DNA of 64,000 nt from the NCBI GenBank assembly GCA_019058365.1, contig JAHPZE010000008.1, forward strand, positions 1 to 64,000, given 5' to 3'. Below the pieces are notes generated by a model that saw only the letters and a program-made list of their open reading frames with translations, was not told where the DNA came from and ran no database searches. Numbering within the stretch: position 1 is the first letter of the stretch; every line of letters begins with the position of its first letter. Both the position numbers and the translations under genes were made by a program. This DNA comes from Promethearchaeota archaeon (GTDB lineage: Archaea; Asgardarchaeota; Lokiarchaeia; Sigyniarchaeales; SOKP01). This document shows, piece after piece, positions 31,499 to 40,858 of this stretch.

Positions 31499-32200
31499 TC
31501 ATTCTTCATCTTCTTCATCATCAGCTTCTTCATCATCAGCATCAGCAGACTTCTTTGGACATGAATTTAGATGTCTTCCTAAACGTAGAAATTCCTTTCC
31601 ACAGTAAGGACATTTCTGTTTTCCTGAACTTTTACTTTCTCCTCCTTCAGCTTTTTCATCACTTTTTTTTCGTTTCTTCTTTGGTTTAGAAGGCATAATA
31701 TCTTCGATACTTGCATCATCAGGTGCAAACTCACAGATCTTAATGTGGGAGGCAAGGTCAGCATATAGTTCTCCACAGAACGGACACTCTACTTCACCAA
31801 ATTCTTCTGAATCCTCCAATTCTGCTTTTCCCGCTTTTCTCTTTTCAAATTTTAATGGCTCTTCTTCATCCTCTTCATCAAATTCATCAATAGATAAATC
31901 AATTTCTTCATCGGATATTATATCTCCGAGTTCAAATACTTCCAATTTTATTTCTTTCTCTTTAATTCTCTTTTCTGCTAATTTTTTACTTTCTTCATAT
32001 ACATCAGAAAATCGCTGATTGTTTTTAACTGGATCATATATATCACATACTTGGCAAACATAAGCTCGAGTGCCCAAAGTTAATTCTCTAGCAGGACAAT
32101 AACATAAAGCTTGGAGACTTGTGCTTATATTACCTTTTGGTTCAAGATGTTTACACGCAATTTTCCTTGAATATTTAATTTTCTGTTTACGTCGTGGCAT
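31499..32200 (-). CDS. Acidic/basic low-complexity protein with N-terminal Cys cluster and two C2HC zinc fingers
   Basis: CPFCGELYADLASHIKIC and CPYCGKEFLRLGRHLNSC (C-x2-C-x9-H-x3-C); D/E tracts. Confidence 0.75.
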   Translation of the reverse strand: MPRRKQKIKYSRKIACKHLEPKGNISTSLQALCYCPARELTLGTRAYVCQVCDIYDPVKNNQRFSDVYEESKKLAEKRIKEKEIKLEVFELGDIISDEEIDLSIDEFDEEDEEEPLKFEKRKAGKAELEDSEEFGEVECPFCGELYADLASHIKICEFAPDDASIEDIMPSKPKKKRKKSDEKAEGGESKSSGKQKCPYCGKEFLRLGRHLNSCPKKSADADDEEADDEEDEE

Positions 32201-32304
32201 ATGCTGAGATCACTAAAAGAAGTATGCTAGATAATTATTCTTAAAATATAATTTTTTTGGATTGCATTTAATAAAATAAAATTTTTGGAAATATAGAATG
32301 AAAT

Positions 32305-33915
32305 TTAAAAATTATAATGTAGGTTTTTGAGATCATTCACAATTTTATTTTTCAATTCAACGTTTTCGAGGTTTGGTAATAGTTCTTCGACAATATCTCT
32401 TAACTCCATAACTTTTTGGACAAGTAATTCTGCTTTATTCCAAAAGGATGTTCTTAATGGATGCATTTTTAAAATAGCTTTATTAAAATTCTCAATTGCT
32501 GCTCTATAAAATAAACAAGCATTTTCTAGTTTATTAAGCCTTGATTGATAAATTGTACCAATTTTGTTAAAACACATTCCTGCACCAGCAAAATCTCCTT
32601 CTTTTTCAAAAATTATTGCAGCATCTTGAATTTTATTTAAAGCTTCCTCTAAAACATCGTTATCAGCTCTCTTCAATAACAGATATCCTTTAGTATAATG
32701 TGCTATTCCCAGATAAAAACGGTGATTTTGTTTCTTAGCAAGTTTATAAAGTTCATCTGTAAATTCGTCAGCTAAAATGAGATGTTCATTTGATATACAC
32801 ATATGTGAAACAATTCTTAATAAATCTAAAACTCTATCAAAATCTTTAATCTCTTTATACTTGTTAATACCTTGTCTAAGTTTTTCAATTCCAGCAAATG
32901 AATCTTTCTGTTCAAAAGCTTGGTTTCCTTCATAAATCAATTGTTCTGCTACTTCTTTTAATTTTATCTCTTTCTGCTTTTTCTTCGCATCTATTTCACC
33001 GTAAAAGAAATCATCCACACCGAATGCTATATCTTCTGTCATAGGAATTTCAGTTAAGAACTCTTTATTTGAAATACTACTAAGTTCATCGTCAAAGTGA
33101 ATTGATTCTTTAGCTTCTTGTTCTGATGATACTAATGTATTTTCTGGTGGTTTTTTATCTTCTCCATAAGCAGATTGCAATGGTTTTCCTTCTGTAACTA
33201 ATGCTGATAGTTCTGATAACACATTTGCGAAAAAATATTTGTTTAATCCATCTACAACATAATCCACTTTGTGATAATTCGTATCATACTGAGGATCATT
33301 AATGTCCATAGTAACATCAGTTATTCGATAAATTTCAAAACCAGTATCATATTTAGTCATTGCATATTCAGAACCATCTTCATTTTTTATAATTTCCTGT
33401 TTTTTCTTTCCTAATAGTGTGTGATCGAATACTAACCCACAAAAATCATTGTTGTTTTGCTGAAAACCTAATTGGTTAAGTAAATCTATGTAAGAAAAGA
33501 ATAAGTTTAATCCAGGATGACTATGGAACCATCCAACCATATAATATCCTTTTCCTTCCTTATCGAGCGTTTCCTGAATATTTTCAATAAATCCATAATG
33601 TCTCTCATCTAATTGCACATCTGTGGCATGACCAAACGTTAGGGCCTCAGCTCGCTCTACATATACTAATTCTTCGTCAGAAGTTCCAATTAAAATCCCA
33701 TAGATCTCCTTCCATTGCTCTGGAGGAATTGATTTATTTGCATAACGACCTGCATATAAAATTATAGTTTTATAAGCATCTGCTCTGATAACTATTGATT
33801 TACTGATTTTTTCTATATGCTTTTCTTCTTTAGTATCTTCATTTTCTAAATTAGATTCCGTATTTTCATTTCCTGAATTATTGTTATTATCGGGTTTTTT
33901 GAATTTCTCTGACAT
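32305..33915 (-). CDS. JAB1/MPN+ (JAMM) metallo-isopeptidase fused to TPR-like repeats
   Basis: KEIYGILIG ... VGWFHSHPGLNLFFSYID (E...HxH-x7-S-x2-D intact); C-terminal TPR/SNAP-like helices. Confidence 0.85.
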   Translation of the reverse strand: MSEKFKKPDNNNNSGNENTESNLENEDTKEEKHIEKISKSIVIRADAYKTIILYAGRYANKSIPPEQWKEIYGILIGTSDEELVYVERAEALTFGHATDVQLDERHYGFIENIQETLDKEGKGYYMVGWFHSHPGLNLFFSYIDLLNQLGFQQNNNDFCGLVFDHTLLGKKKQEIIKNEDGSEYAMTKYDTGFEIYRITDVTMDINDPQYDTNYHKVDYVVDGLNKYFFANVLSELSALVTEGKPLQSAYGEDKKPPENTLVSSEQEAKESIHFDDELSSISNKEFLTEIPMTEDIAFGVDDFFYGEIDAKKKQKEIKLKEVAEQLIYEGNQAFEQKDSFAGIEKLRQGINKYKEIKDFDRVLDLLRIVSHMCISNEHLILADEFTDELYKLAKKQNHRFYLGIAHYTKGYLLLKRADNDVLEEALNKIQDAAIIFEKEGDFAGAGMCFNKIGTIYQSRLNKLENACLFYRAAIENFNKAILKMHPLRTSFWNKAELLVQKVMELRDIVEELLPNLENVELKNKIVNDLKNLHYNF

Positions 33916-34180
33916 ATCAACTTTTCCTAATTTATTAATTAGTTCTAAAAAAGTAATAAGTATATACTTAATTAAAATTATGTATGATTAGTTCATAATA
34001 AGTAGTTTTATCACATTATAAAAGACTTCTAATAAAAGAATAGAAAAAGCTCATAATTTTTTTAAAAAAACTCAATCTGATCCTTAATAAGAATATTTTA
34101 TGTGGAGATTTTTCGAATAATTAATTACCCGATCCACCGTGAATAATCCAAGAAGAAAGATAAAAAAAAAAGTTAATTTA

Positions 34181-34233
34181 ATTTTTTGATATTGATTTTA
34201 AAATTTTAAGTTTTTTTTCTTAAAGTGCCTGAA
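34181..34233. repeat. 53-bp direct repeat, copy 1 (3' end of the SBP gene)
   Basis: 45/53 ungapped identity with 36899-36951 by hand alignment. Confidence 0.8.
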
Positions 34234-36723
34234 AACCAGAATGATGGATATCAGTCCAATTATTGGCATGAGTAAGAATCCATTGTATCCTGGAATAAAG
34301 TCTAATCCATTACTTTCTTCAAGTAAAACAGTGACACTAACACAATTGGATAATGTATACCCATGCTTATTATAAGCTGCAATAATGTAATAGTAGGTTC
34401 CATCCGACAGTCCGGTAATATGGTATGGTGAGGTTGCATTTTGATAGGAAAGTGGCGTTTGGCTGTAATCAAGGACAGTAATAAAACTATTAGATGTATA
34501 CACCGTATAATTATCTGCTCCTTGAGAACTGGTCCATAATAATTTGAAATATCCATCAGGATCAGGTGTATCAGCGTCGGATAACAACGTAAATGGTTTT
34601 GGAATTTCTCCTACAACAGTAACATTAATACAATTGCATAATGTGTACCCATACTCGTTATATGCTGCAACAATATAATAGTAAGTTCCATCCGACAATC
34701 CGGTAATAGAGTATGGTGAGGTTGCGTTCTGATCAGCAATAAGAGTAAGACCTCCGTTGATATCAGTAATATAACTATTAGATGTAAACACCGAATAATT
34801 ATCTGCTCCTTGAGAACTGGTCCATATTAAGTTGAAATTTCCATCAAGATCAGGACTATCTGCATCAGAATCCAAATTGAAATTATTGGGTGCCCATTCT
34901 ATTGAATAGAAATCAAGTATTCCCATCACATTATAAGAAAAGTTTTCTAATTCTGCCTTATGAACTTGTTGTACTAAGTACACCCAACCTGAGATATGAA
35001 CATGACTAGCTGGATTTAATGGGCGGTTTACGTCATAAATTAATGATTGGAACTTCATGTAATAGTCTAATTGTGTTGAATAATCAGTCTCGATTGCGGC
35101 TGCATCCATCAATTCAGTTAAACCGCCAGTACTAGTATCGTTAATTCGTGAGAAACATGCACCAGAATCTAAGTTAAATAATGGATCAATCATAGCAAAT
35201 GGATTTAAGTAATCTGGGCACCATCCTATATATCCAATATCCATCTCCCAAGGAGTTTGTTCACCAGTGTCTAAATAATCACCCCAATCTCTTATAGTTT
35301 CTGTAGTCTGAATTCCAATTAAATCAAAGTTGCTTGCCATTAATTGATTTAATCGTAGATTGGTGTTACTTCCAAAGTGCCTGTTTACTTCAAGATTTCT
35401 TCCAAGGATGTTTTGACCTGTCCAATCACCATCAGTATTGACATCAAATCCAGAAATATCGATCCCGCCACGAGCAATAATATCAGCAGCGTTATCTTTC
35501 AAAAGTTGTCTTGTTTTTACGATATTGGCTTCCCATGTGAAACTATCATCACTAGCTTGTATAACTGATGCATTATATCCTGGCATAGCTCGAGGAACTG
35601 CGGTAGTTCCCTCAACAGCATACCCAGCTTGAATTTCTTCATAAATATATGTATAGTTAATTGCTAATGCAAGAGCTCGTCTTAAGTATGCAGGATTTTT
35701 CTGATATTGAGGATTACCTGGTACAATCATAGAACCAGCAGTATCTCTTGGACCACAGTAAATTTCTAAATAGAAATAACAGAGATCTTCACCAACATCT
35801 TCCACATGAAAGGCTGGATCGGCTCTGAACGTATCGATATATGTTTTTGTGACACCACCAATATAATCAAATAGTCCAGCTAACCCGGCAGTCATTCTTG
35901 TTGTATCATCTTCAATGATCGTCCAAATCATCTCTTTAATTCTAGCTTCTCCTCGCCAATAGTTACTAAACGCATGGAATAGTATCTCAACATCCAATAC
36001 AAAGCTATCAAATTCGAAAGGACCTGTACCAATTAAATCATCAGTTGCTAAATCGAGATATCTATATCTAGGCGTAGACTCAGGTGATAAAATATGTGTG
36101 GCTCCAAAACAGAGTAAATCTAATAACGCACCAAATGGTTTACTTAAAATTATTGTAAATTCATAAGGATCTATATTATCATCCGCAATAAATGAATCAA
36201 AGATAGGAGTACCGTCAACATGAAAAAATACTGAGCTTGGAAATGCTTGTGTGGTATTACCAGGAAGAGCACCTGTGGCATTAATAAAATATTGTACTCT
36301 TTCAAAATTCCATTTCACATCTTCAGCAGTCATGATTGTTCCATCCTGGAATTGCACACCTTGTCTTAATGTAAACGTGATTTGAGTATTACTATCCCAA
36401 ACCCATGATTCAGCAAGCATAGGCTTTATTGCAAAACTAGAATGATTGGAGTAATCGTACTCAACTAACCCCTCTATAACTTGGTATTGTACATTTTTTG
36501 ATGAGATATCCCACGTATCAACAGGGTCAAGTACTGAAGGATTCCTCGCATAAGCCACTTTAAATGGAATATTTACAGTGGAAGAAGGATTTGGATATGG
36601 TTCTATCGATTTTATACTACTTCCATTATTCTCATTCTGGTAATTTAAAATAATTGAATAAGCAATAATTGAGGTAGAAAATATAATTAAAAGAAGTAAA
36701 AAACCTCTAAACTCTTTTTTCAT
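34198..36723 (-). CDS. Family 5 (peptide/nickel) ABC solute-binding protein with two FN3-like repeats and a C-terminal membrane anchor
   Basis: LDPVD, PMLAESW, FTLRQGVQFQDGT, IGTGPF, LRRALALAIN, GWCPDY; 2x ITGLSDGTYYY.VAAYN; IPGY-TM-basic tail. Confidence 0.88.
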   Translation of the reverse strand: MKKEFRGFLLLLIIFSTSIIAYSIILNYQNENNGSSIKSIEPYPNPSSTVNIPFKVAYARNPSVLDPVDTWDISSKNVQYQVIEGLVEYDYSNHSSFAIKPMLAESWVWDSNTQITFTLRQGVQFQDGTIMTAEDVKWNFERVQYFINATGALPGNTTQAFPSSVFFHVDGTPIFDSFIADDNIDPYEFTIILSKPFGALLDLLCFGATHILSPESTPRYRYLDLATDDLIGTGPFEFDSFVLDVEILFHAFSNYWRGEARIKEMIWTIIEDDTTRMTAGLAGLFDYIGGVTKTYIDTFRADPAFHVEDVGEDLCYFYLEIYCGPRDTAGSMIVPGNPQYQKNPAYLRRALALAINYTYIYEEIQAGYAVEGTTAVPRAMPGYNASVIQASDDSFTWEANIVKTRQLLKDNAADIIARGGIDISGFDVNTDGDWTGQNILGRNLEVNRHFGSNTNLRLNQLMASNFDLIGIQTTETIRDWGDYLDTGEQTPWEMDIGYIGWCPDYLNPFAMIDPLFNLDSGACFSRINDTSTGGLTELMDAAAIETDYSTQLDYYMKFQSLIYDVNRPLNPASHVHISGWVYLVQQVHKAELENFSYNVMGILDFYSIEWAPNNFNLDSDADSPDLDGNFNLIWTSSQGADNYSVFTSNSYITDINGGLTLIADQNATSPYSITGLSDGTYYYIVAAYNEYGYTLCNCINVTVVGEIPKPFTLLSDADTPDPDGYFKLLWTSSQGADNYTVYTSNSFITVLDYSQTPLSYQNATSPYHITGLSDGTYYYIIAAYNKHGYTLSNCVSVTVLLEESNGLDFIPGYNGFLLMPIIGLISIILVFRHFKKKNLKF
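34340..34870. repeat. Intragenic FN3-domain duplication, period 288 bp (96 codons)
   Basis: gttccatccgaca at 34397 and 34685; taattatctgctccttgagaactggtccata present in both copies. Confidence 0.9.
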
Positions 36724-36898
36724 TTTATTTCGCTCTTACTGATTGTTTTTATATAAATTTATCAAACAAATGATAAGTTTATTAATAGAATACTATGCTA
36801 TTATATATATTTTTCCGTGAGCATTTTTCTGACAATTAGAACACTATCTGGCTTGAATTCTCCAAATTAAAAGATTTGAACAATACTTCTTTCTTTGT

Positions 36899-36951
36899 AT
36901 TTTTTGATATTGATTTTTATGATTTTAGATTTTTTTCTTCAGGTGCCTGAA
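36899..36951. repeat. 53-bp direct repeat, copy 2 (3' end of comE)
   Basis: Matches 34181-34233; spacing 2718 bp. Confidence 0.8.
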
Positions 36952-37503
36952 GTTCCGCATTGCCTTGCAAAATCGAGTTTTAATCTCCTCAGGAAGTAAA
37001 GGGATGTTGCTTACGTGAGCATTACCGGGTTGAGTTCTAATGAGTACAAAATGGTATCCAGTACCCAAGTTTTTTAGGTTTTGAATTATATCTTTTTCTT
37101 TGTCGATAATAGTAATTGATTCAAATCCAGCTCCTTTTGCGATGATATCTAATTTTGTCTTACCATTTGTATAAGTTTTTTGATCACCAGTAGATCCATA
37201 AGAAGAATTATCTATAACTATGAGAGTTAGATTATTTGGGCTATTATTGGCTATTGTACTGAGACTTCCGAGATTCATTAGTAAGGAACCATCTCCATCA
37301 ATGCACCAAATTGTTTGTTTAGGTTGAGCGAGAGCAACTCCTAGTGCTATAGAGCTAACTAGCCCCATAGAGCCTAACATATAAAAATTTGAGTCTCTAT
37401 CGGAGATGTTATACAATTCTCGTGAGGGAGCACCAAGATTGCATACGATGAATTCATTAGTCAACGACTCCACAATCTTTTTTAAAGCGTCATATCTTTT
37501 CAT
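36925..37503 (-). CDS. comE: Sulfopyruvate decarboxylase beta subunit (ThDP-binding)
   Basis: CNLGAPSREL, NFYMLGSMGLVSSIALG, DGDGSLLMNLGSL...DNSSYGSTGDQ. Confidence 0.88.
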   Translation of the reverse strand: MKRYDALKKIVESLTNEFIVCNLGAPSRELYNISDRDSNFYMLGSMGLVSSIALGVALAQPKQTIWCIDGDGSLLMNLGSLSTIANNSPNNLTLIVIDNSSYGSTGDQKTYTNGKTKLDIIAKGAGFESITIIDKEKDIIQNLKNLGTGYHFVLIRTQPGNAHVSNIPLLPEEIKTRFCKAMRNFRHLKKKI

Positions 37504-37504
37504 A

Positions 37505-37999
37505 TTATTTCCTCCATAATTGCCTTTTTAGAAGAATTCCCACTGATTGGTTGGATTTCTTACTAAATTCAACAGCTGTTTTGATTTCTTTTATTTTTTC
37601 TACTGAATCAATAATGAATTTTTTAATATTTAATATATCTAAAAGACTTGGAGTAAGCTGACCCATTGGAATTTGTGCGATTATTTTTTCTCCCTCGGCG
37701 CCTCTATGACTCATTATAAAAACAACTGGAATTTTATATAATTGTAGTAATGATTTTATAGCATTTACTGAATTGCCTAAGCCTGAATTCTGTATCAACA
37801 ATGCCGGAGTTCGTCCACCCAAGTAGGCACCTGCAGCAATTCCTATTCCTTCTTCTTCACGAGTTATTGGAATATTTTGAATCTCGTGTCTATCATCAAT
37901 TTCTTCTAAAAGTCCCTTTAGTAAAATACAAGGTAATGATAAAATTAAATTTATTCCAGAATCTTTAATCATTTCATATAATGTGATATCAACATTCAT
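37505..37999 (-). CDS. comD: Sulfopyruvate decarboxylase alpha subunit
   Basis: SLPC, TREEEGIGIAAGAYLGG, QNSGLGNSVNA, SHRG.EGEKI.AQ.PMG; 1 bp from comE. Confidence 0.88.
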   Translation of the reverse strand: MNVDITLYEMIKDSGINLILSLPCILLKGLLEEIDDRHEIQNIPITREEEGIGIAAGAYLGGRTPALLIQNSGLGNSVNAIKSLLQLYKIPVVFIMSHRGAEGEKIIAQIPMGQLTPSLLDILNIKKFIIDSVEKIKEIKTAVEFSKKSNQSVGILLKRQLWRK

Positions 38000-38221
38000 A
38001 GCTCTAAGGTTTTTCGATAAATGTTATTATAAATGTAATTACAAAAATGAATTATAAAATCTTTAAAATATTATAATAGTTCTCTTGAATAAAATTATCT
38101 CAATTATTAGATTTAGTTTTAATTAATTAACACTTTTCAAGGAAATTATTTTTATTATTAAATAAACATCTTTAATTATTAAAAGTTTAATTGTTTATAT
38201 CATATCTAGTGAATACGGATT

Positions 38222-39481
38222 ATGAAAGCACTCGTATTTAATTACAAACTTTACAGATTAGCATTATCTAAAATATTGGGAACAGTTTATCTAAAAGGAT
38301 ATCTTTCTAAACTTGGAGCAGTACGATTGAAAGAAGTTTCTTTTCCAAAGCTTAAAAGTAACAACTGGTTGATTGTGAAGACGAAATATTGTGGGATATG
38401 CGGTTCTGATCAGAAACAAATCTTTCTTGATGGAAACATTGATAATCCAATAACTGCTTTACTTTCATGGCCTCAAACTTTAGGACATGAAGCTGTTGGG
38501 ATTGTCGATAAAGTCGGAAAATCATCAAATTTAAAGCCAGGTGATAGAGTTGCTTTAAATCCATGGATAAGTTGCGAACCGCGAGAAATTAAACCGATTT
38601 GTAGTGCGTGTGAAGATGGAAATAAATATCTTTGTAGAAATTTTACAAAAGGTATTCTCACTCCTGGAATTCATTCAGGTACTAGTAGGGATGCTACAGG
38701 GGGCTTTGCAGAATTTTTCCCGGCGCATGAAACTATGGCAATAAAAATTCCTGATTCCGTGTCATGGGAGCAAGCTGTTCTATCAGATCCTTTTTCAGTG
38801 GTGCTTCATTCTATATTAAAAGTTGAACTTAGAGAAGGATCGATTTGTGGGGTTTATGGTTGTGGAAATCTTGGGCTACTAACAATTCAATTCTTAAAGA
38901 GTATTTATGAAGATATAACTGTAATTGCTATTGCTAGATTTCCACATCAAATAGAAATGGCAAAAAAATTTGGTGCAGATCTTGTAATCAAATCATCTCC
39001 TCCAAGCAGAGTCATCGAAAGTGTTGGAGACTACTTAAATTGTGATATTTATTATTTAAAAAAAAATAAGCCTTGGTTATTAGAAGGAATTGATTTTTTA
39101 TTTGATACTGTTGCATCTGCAGAAACATTAGAAACAGGTTTACGTATCGTAAAATCAAGATTAGTAGATTTTAAGAATAATAAGGAGAGATCCGGAGTAA
39201 CTGTATTAACAGGAGTCCATGTTCCTAAGAGGTTTGAATGGACCCCATGGTATTTTAAAGAGATAAATATTATTGGTAGTAATGCCTTTGCAATAGAAAA
39301 TTTTGAGGGTACTCGAGAGCATGCATATTATCATTATTTTCGATTATTAGAAGAGGGAAGAATTGATCCAACACCAATAATTTCACATAAATTTCTCTTA
39401 AAAGATTATAAAAAAGCGTTTGTAACTGCAAGAAATCAAGAGAAATTTAAATCTATTAAAGTTAAATTTTATTTTGATTAA
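38222..39481 (+). CDS. Zn-dependent medium-chain dehydrogenase (paralog 1)
   Basis: CGICGSD, LGHE, four structural-Zn Cys, GCGNLG. Confidence 0.9.
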   Translation: MKALVFNYKLYRLALSKILGTVYLKGYLSKLGAVRLKEVSFPKLKSNNWLIVKTKYCGICGSDQKQIFLDGNIDNPITALLSWPQTLGHEAVGIVDKVGKSSNLKPGDRVALNPWISCEPREIKPICSACEDGNKYLCRNFTKGILTPGIHSGTSRDATGGFAEFFPAHETMAIKIPDSVSWEQAVLSDPFSVVLHSILKVELREGSICGVYGCGNLGLLTIQFLKSIYEDITVIAIARFPHQIEMAKKFGADLVIKSSPPSRVIESVGDYLNCDIYYLKKNKPWLLEGIDFLFDTVASAETLETGLRIVKSRLVDFKNNKERSGVTVLTGVHVPKRFEWTPWYFKEINIIGSNAFAIENFEGTREHAYYHYFRLLEEGRIDPTPIISHKFLLKDYKKAFVTARNQEKFKSIKVKFYFD

Positions 39482-39501
39482 AAATCGGAGTATAAATTCA
39501 T

Positions 39502-40764
39502 ATGAATTCAAAAAAGGAAAAGAGTTTCATCCCTGCATTAATATTCGAATTAAAAAAATTCAAGTTATTAAAGTCATTTATCAGAGGAAAAATAAATCCT
39601 AAAGGGTTTTGGAAATCGGGAGGACCAGTATCTCTAAAAAATATTCCATATCCAAAATTAATTGCAGAAGACTGGGTTATTGTTAAAACCGTTTTTTGTG
39701 GAATTTGTGGTAGTGACATGACTGAATTAAAACTTAAGGGGTCACTTGATAATCCTATACGTTCTTTTATTTCTTTTCCTCAGATAATGGGACATGAACC
39801 TGTCGGTATTATAGAAAGCGTTGGGCTTAAAGTTAAAAAGTTTAAAAAGGGAGATCGCGTGGTAATCACTCCGTGGTTTTCATGCATTCCTCGAGGAATC
39901 GTACCCATATGCTCAAGATGTTCTTTAGGTGATTTTAAACATTGTCAAAATTTCCAGAAGGGAAATCTTCCAGTAGGAATGCATTTAGGTGTTACAAGTG
40001 GATATGGAGGGTTTAGTCCATACATATCAGTTCATGAATCTCAATGTTTTTTGATACCAGAAAAAATATCATTTGAACAAGCAGTTTTAGCAGATCCTTT
40101 TTCTGTTTCTTTTCATTCCCTATTATTGCTAAATCCTAACCCTGACTCTCAAATTCTTGTTTATGGTTTAGGTATTATAGGTTTGCTTACAATACTTTCT
40201 TTAAAGAACATTTTTAGAGTAAAACATATAATAGGGATTGGACGATATCAATTTCAGAGAGAATTAGCTACAAAATTAGGAGCTGACCATGTTTTTTTAA
40301 GCTCAGGTGATTTATTAATTGAAGAAATAGCTGCATATAACAATGTTGAATTATATACACCTAAAAGGGGTCTTAAATGGACATTAGATGGCGTGAATGG
40401 GATAGTTGACACTATCGCTTCAGCAGAGACTTTTGAAATTGGAGAGAGAATACTTTGCACTCAAGGCAAATTAGTGTTTTTAGGTGCAAGTCCTCCAAAA
40501 AGGTTTGAAAATACTCTTCATTATTTTAAAGAACTCGAAGTTGTTGGTTCAAATGCATTTGGTATAGAAATATTCCGTGATAAATCGTTGCATGCATTTC
40601 AGCATTATTTAAATTTTTTATCAGAAGAATTAATAGATCCTCAGATGCTAGTTACCCATAAATTTCCACTTAATGCTTACAAGGATGCATTTGATACATT
40701 AGCTATTAAATCTGAATCTCATGCTGTCAAAGTTGTATTCAAGTTCTTAAATTCAAAAGCTTAA
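39502..40764 (+). CDS. Zn-dependent medium-chain dehydrogenase (paralog 2)
   Basis: CGICGSD, MGHE, structural-Zn Cys, GLGIIG; collinear with the upstream paralog. Confidence 0.9.
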   Translation: MNSKKEKSFIPALIFELKKFKLLKSFIRGKINPKGFWKSGGPVSLKNIPYPKLIAEDWVIVKTVFCGICGSDMTELKLKGSLDNPIRSFISFPQIMGHEPVGIIESVGLKVKKFKKGDRVVITPWFSCIPRGIVPICSRCSLGDFKHCQNFQKGNLPVGMHLGVTSGYGGFSPYISVHESQCFLIPEKISFEQAVLADPFSVSFHSLLLLNPNPDSQILVYGLGIIGLLTILSLKNIFRVKHIIGIGRYQFQRELATKLGADHVFLSSGDLLIEEIAAYNNVELYTPKRGLKWTLDGVNGIVDTIASAETFEIGERILCTQGKLVFLGASPPKRFENTLHYFKELEVVGSNAFGIEIFRDKSLHAFQHYLNFLSEELIDPQMLVTHKFPLNAYKDAFDTLAIKSESHAVKVVFKFLNSKA

Positions 40765-40858
40765 TAAAATATTCATTACTGGACAATAATTTAAGATATT
40801 ATATTTACAGAAACTTTAAGTAAATATAATAATTAATAATTTTGATTCAATTAAATCG

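Noticed and set aside
34181-36951. Transposon or integrative element between the direct repeats
   Set aside because: No transposase, integrase or terminal inverted repeats; kept only as a rearrangement scar
36925-37999. comDE as evidence of methanogenesis or alkane oxidation
   Set aside because: No mcr or other CoM genes in the window; comDE-like genes occur in non-methanogens
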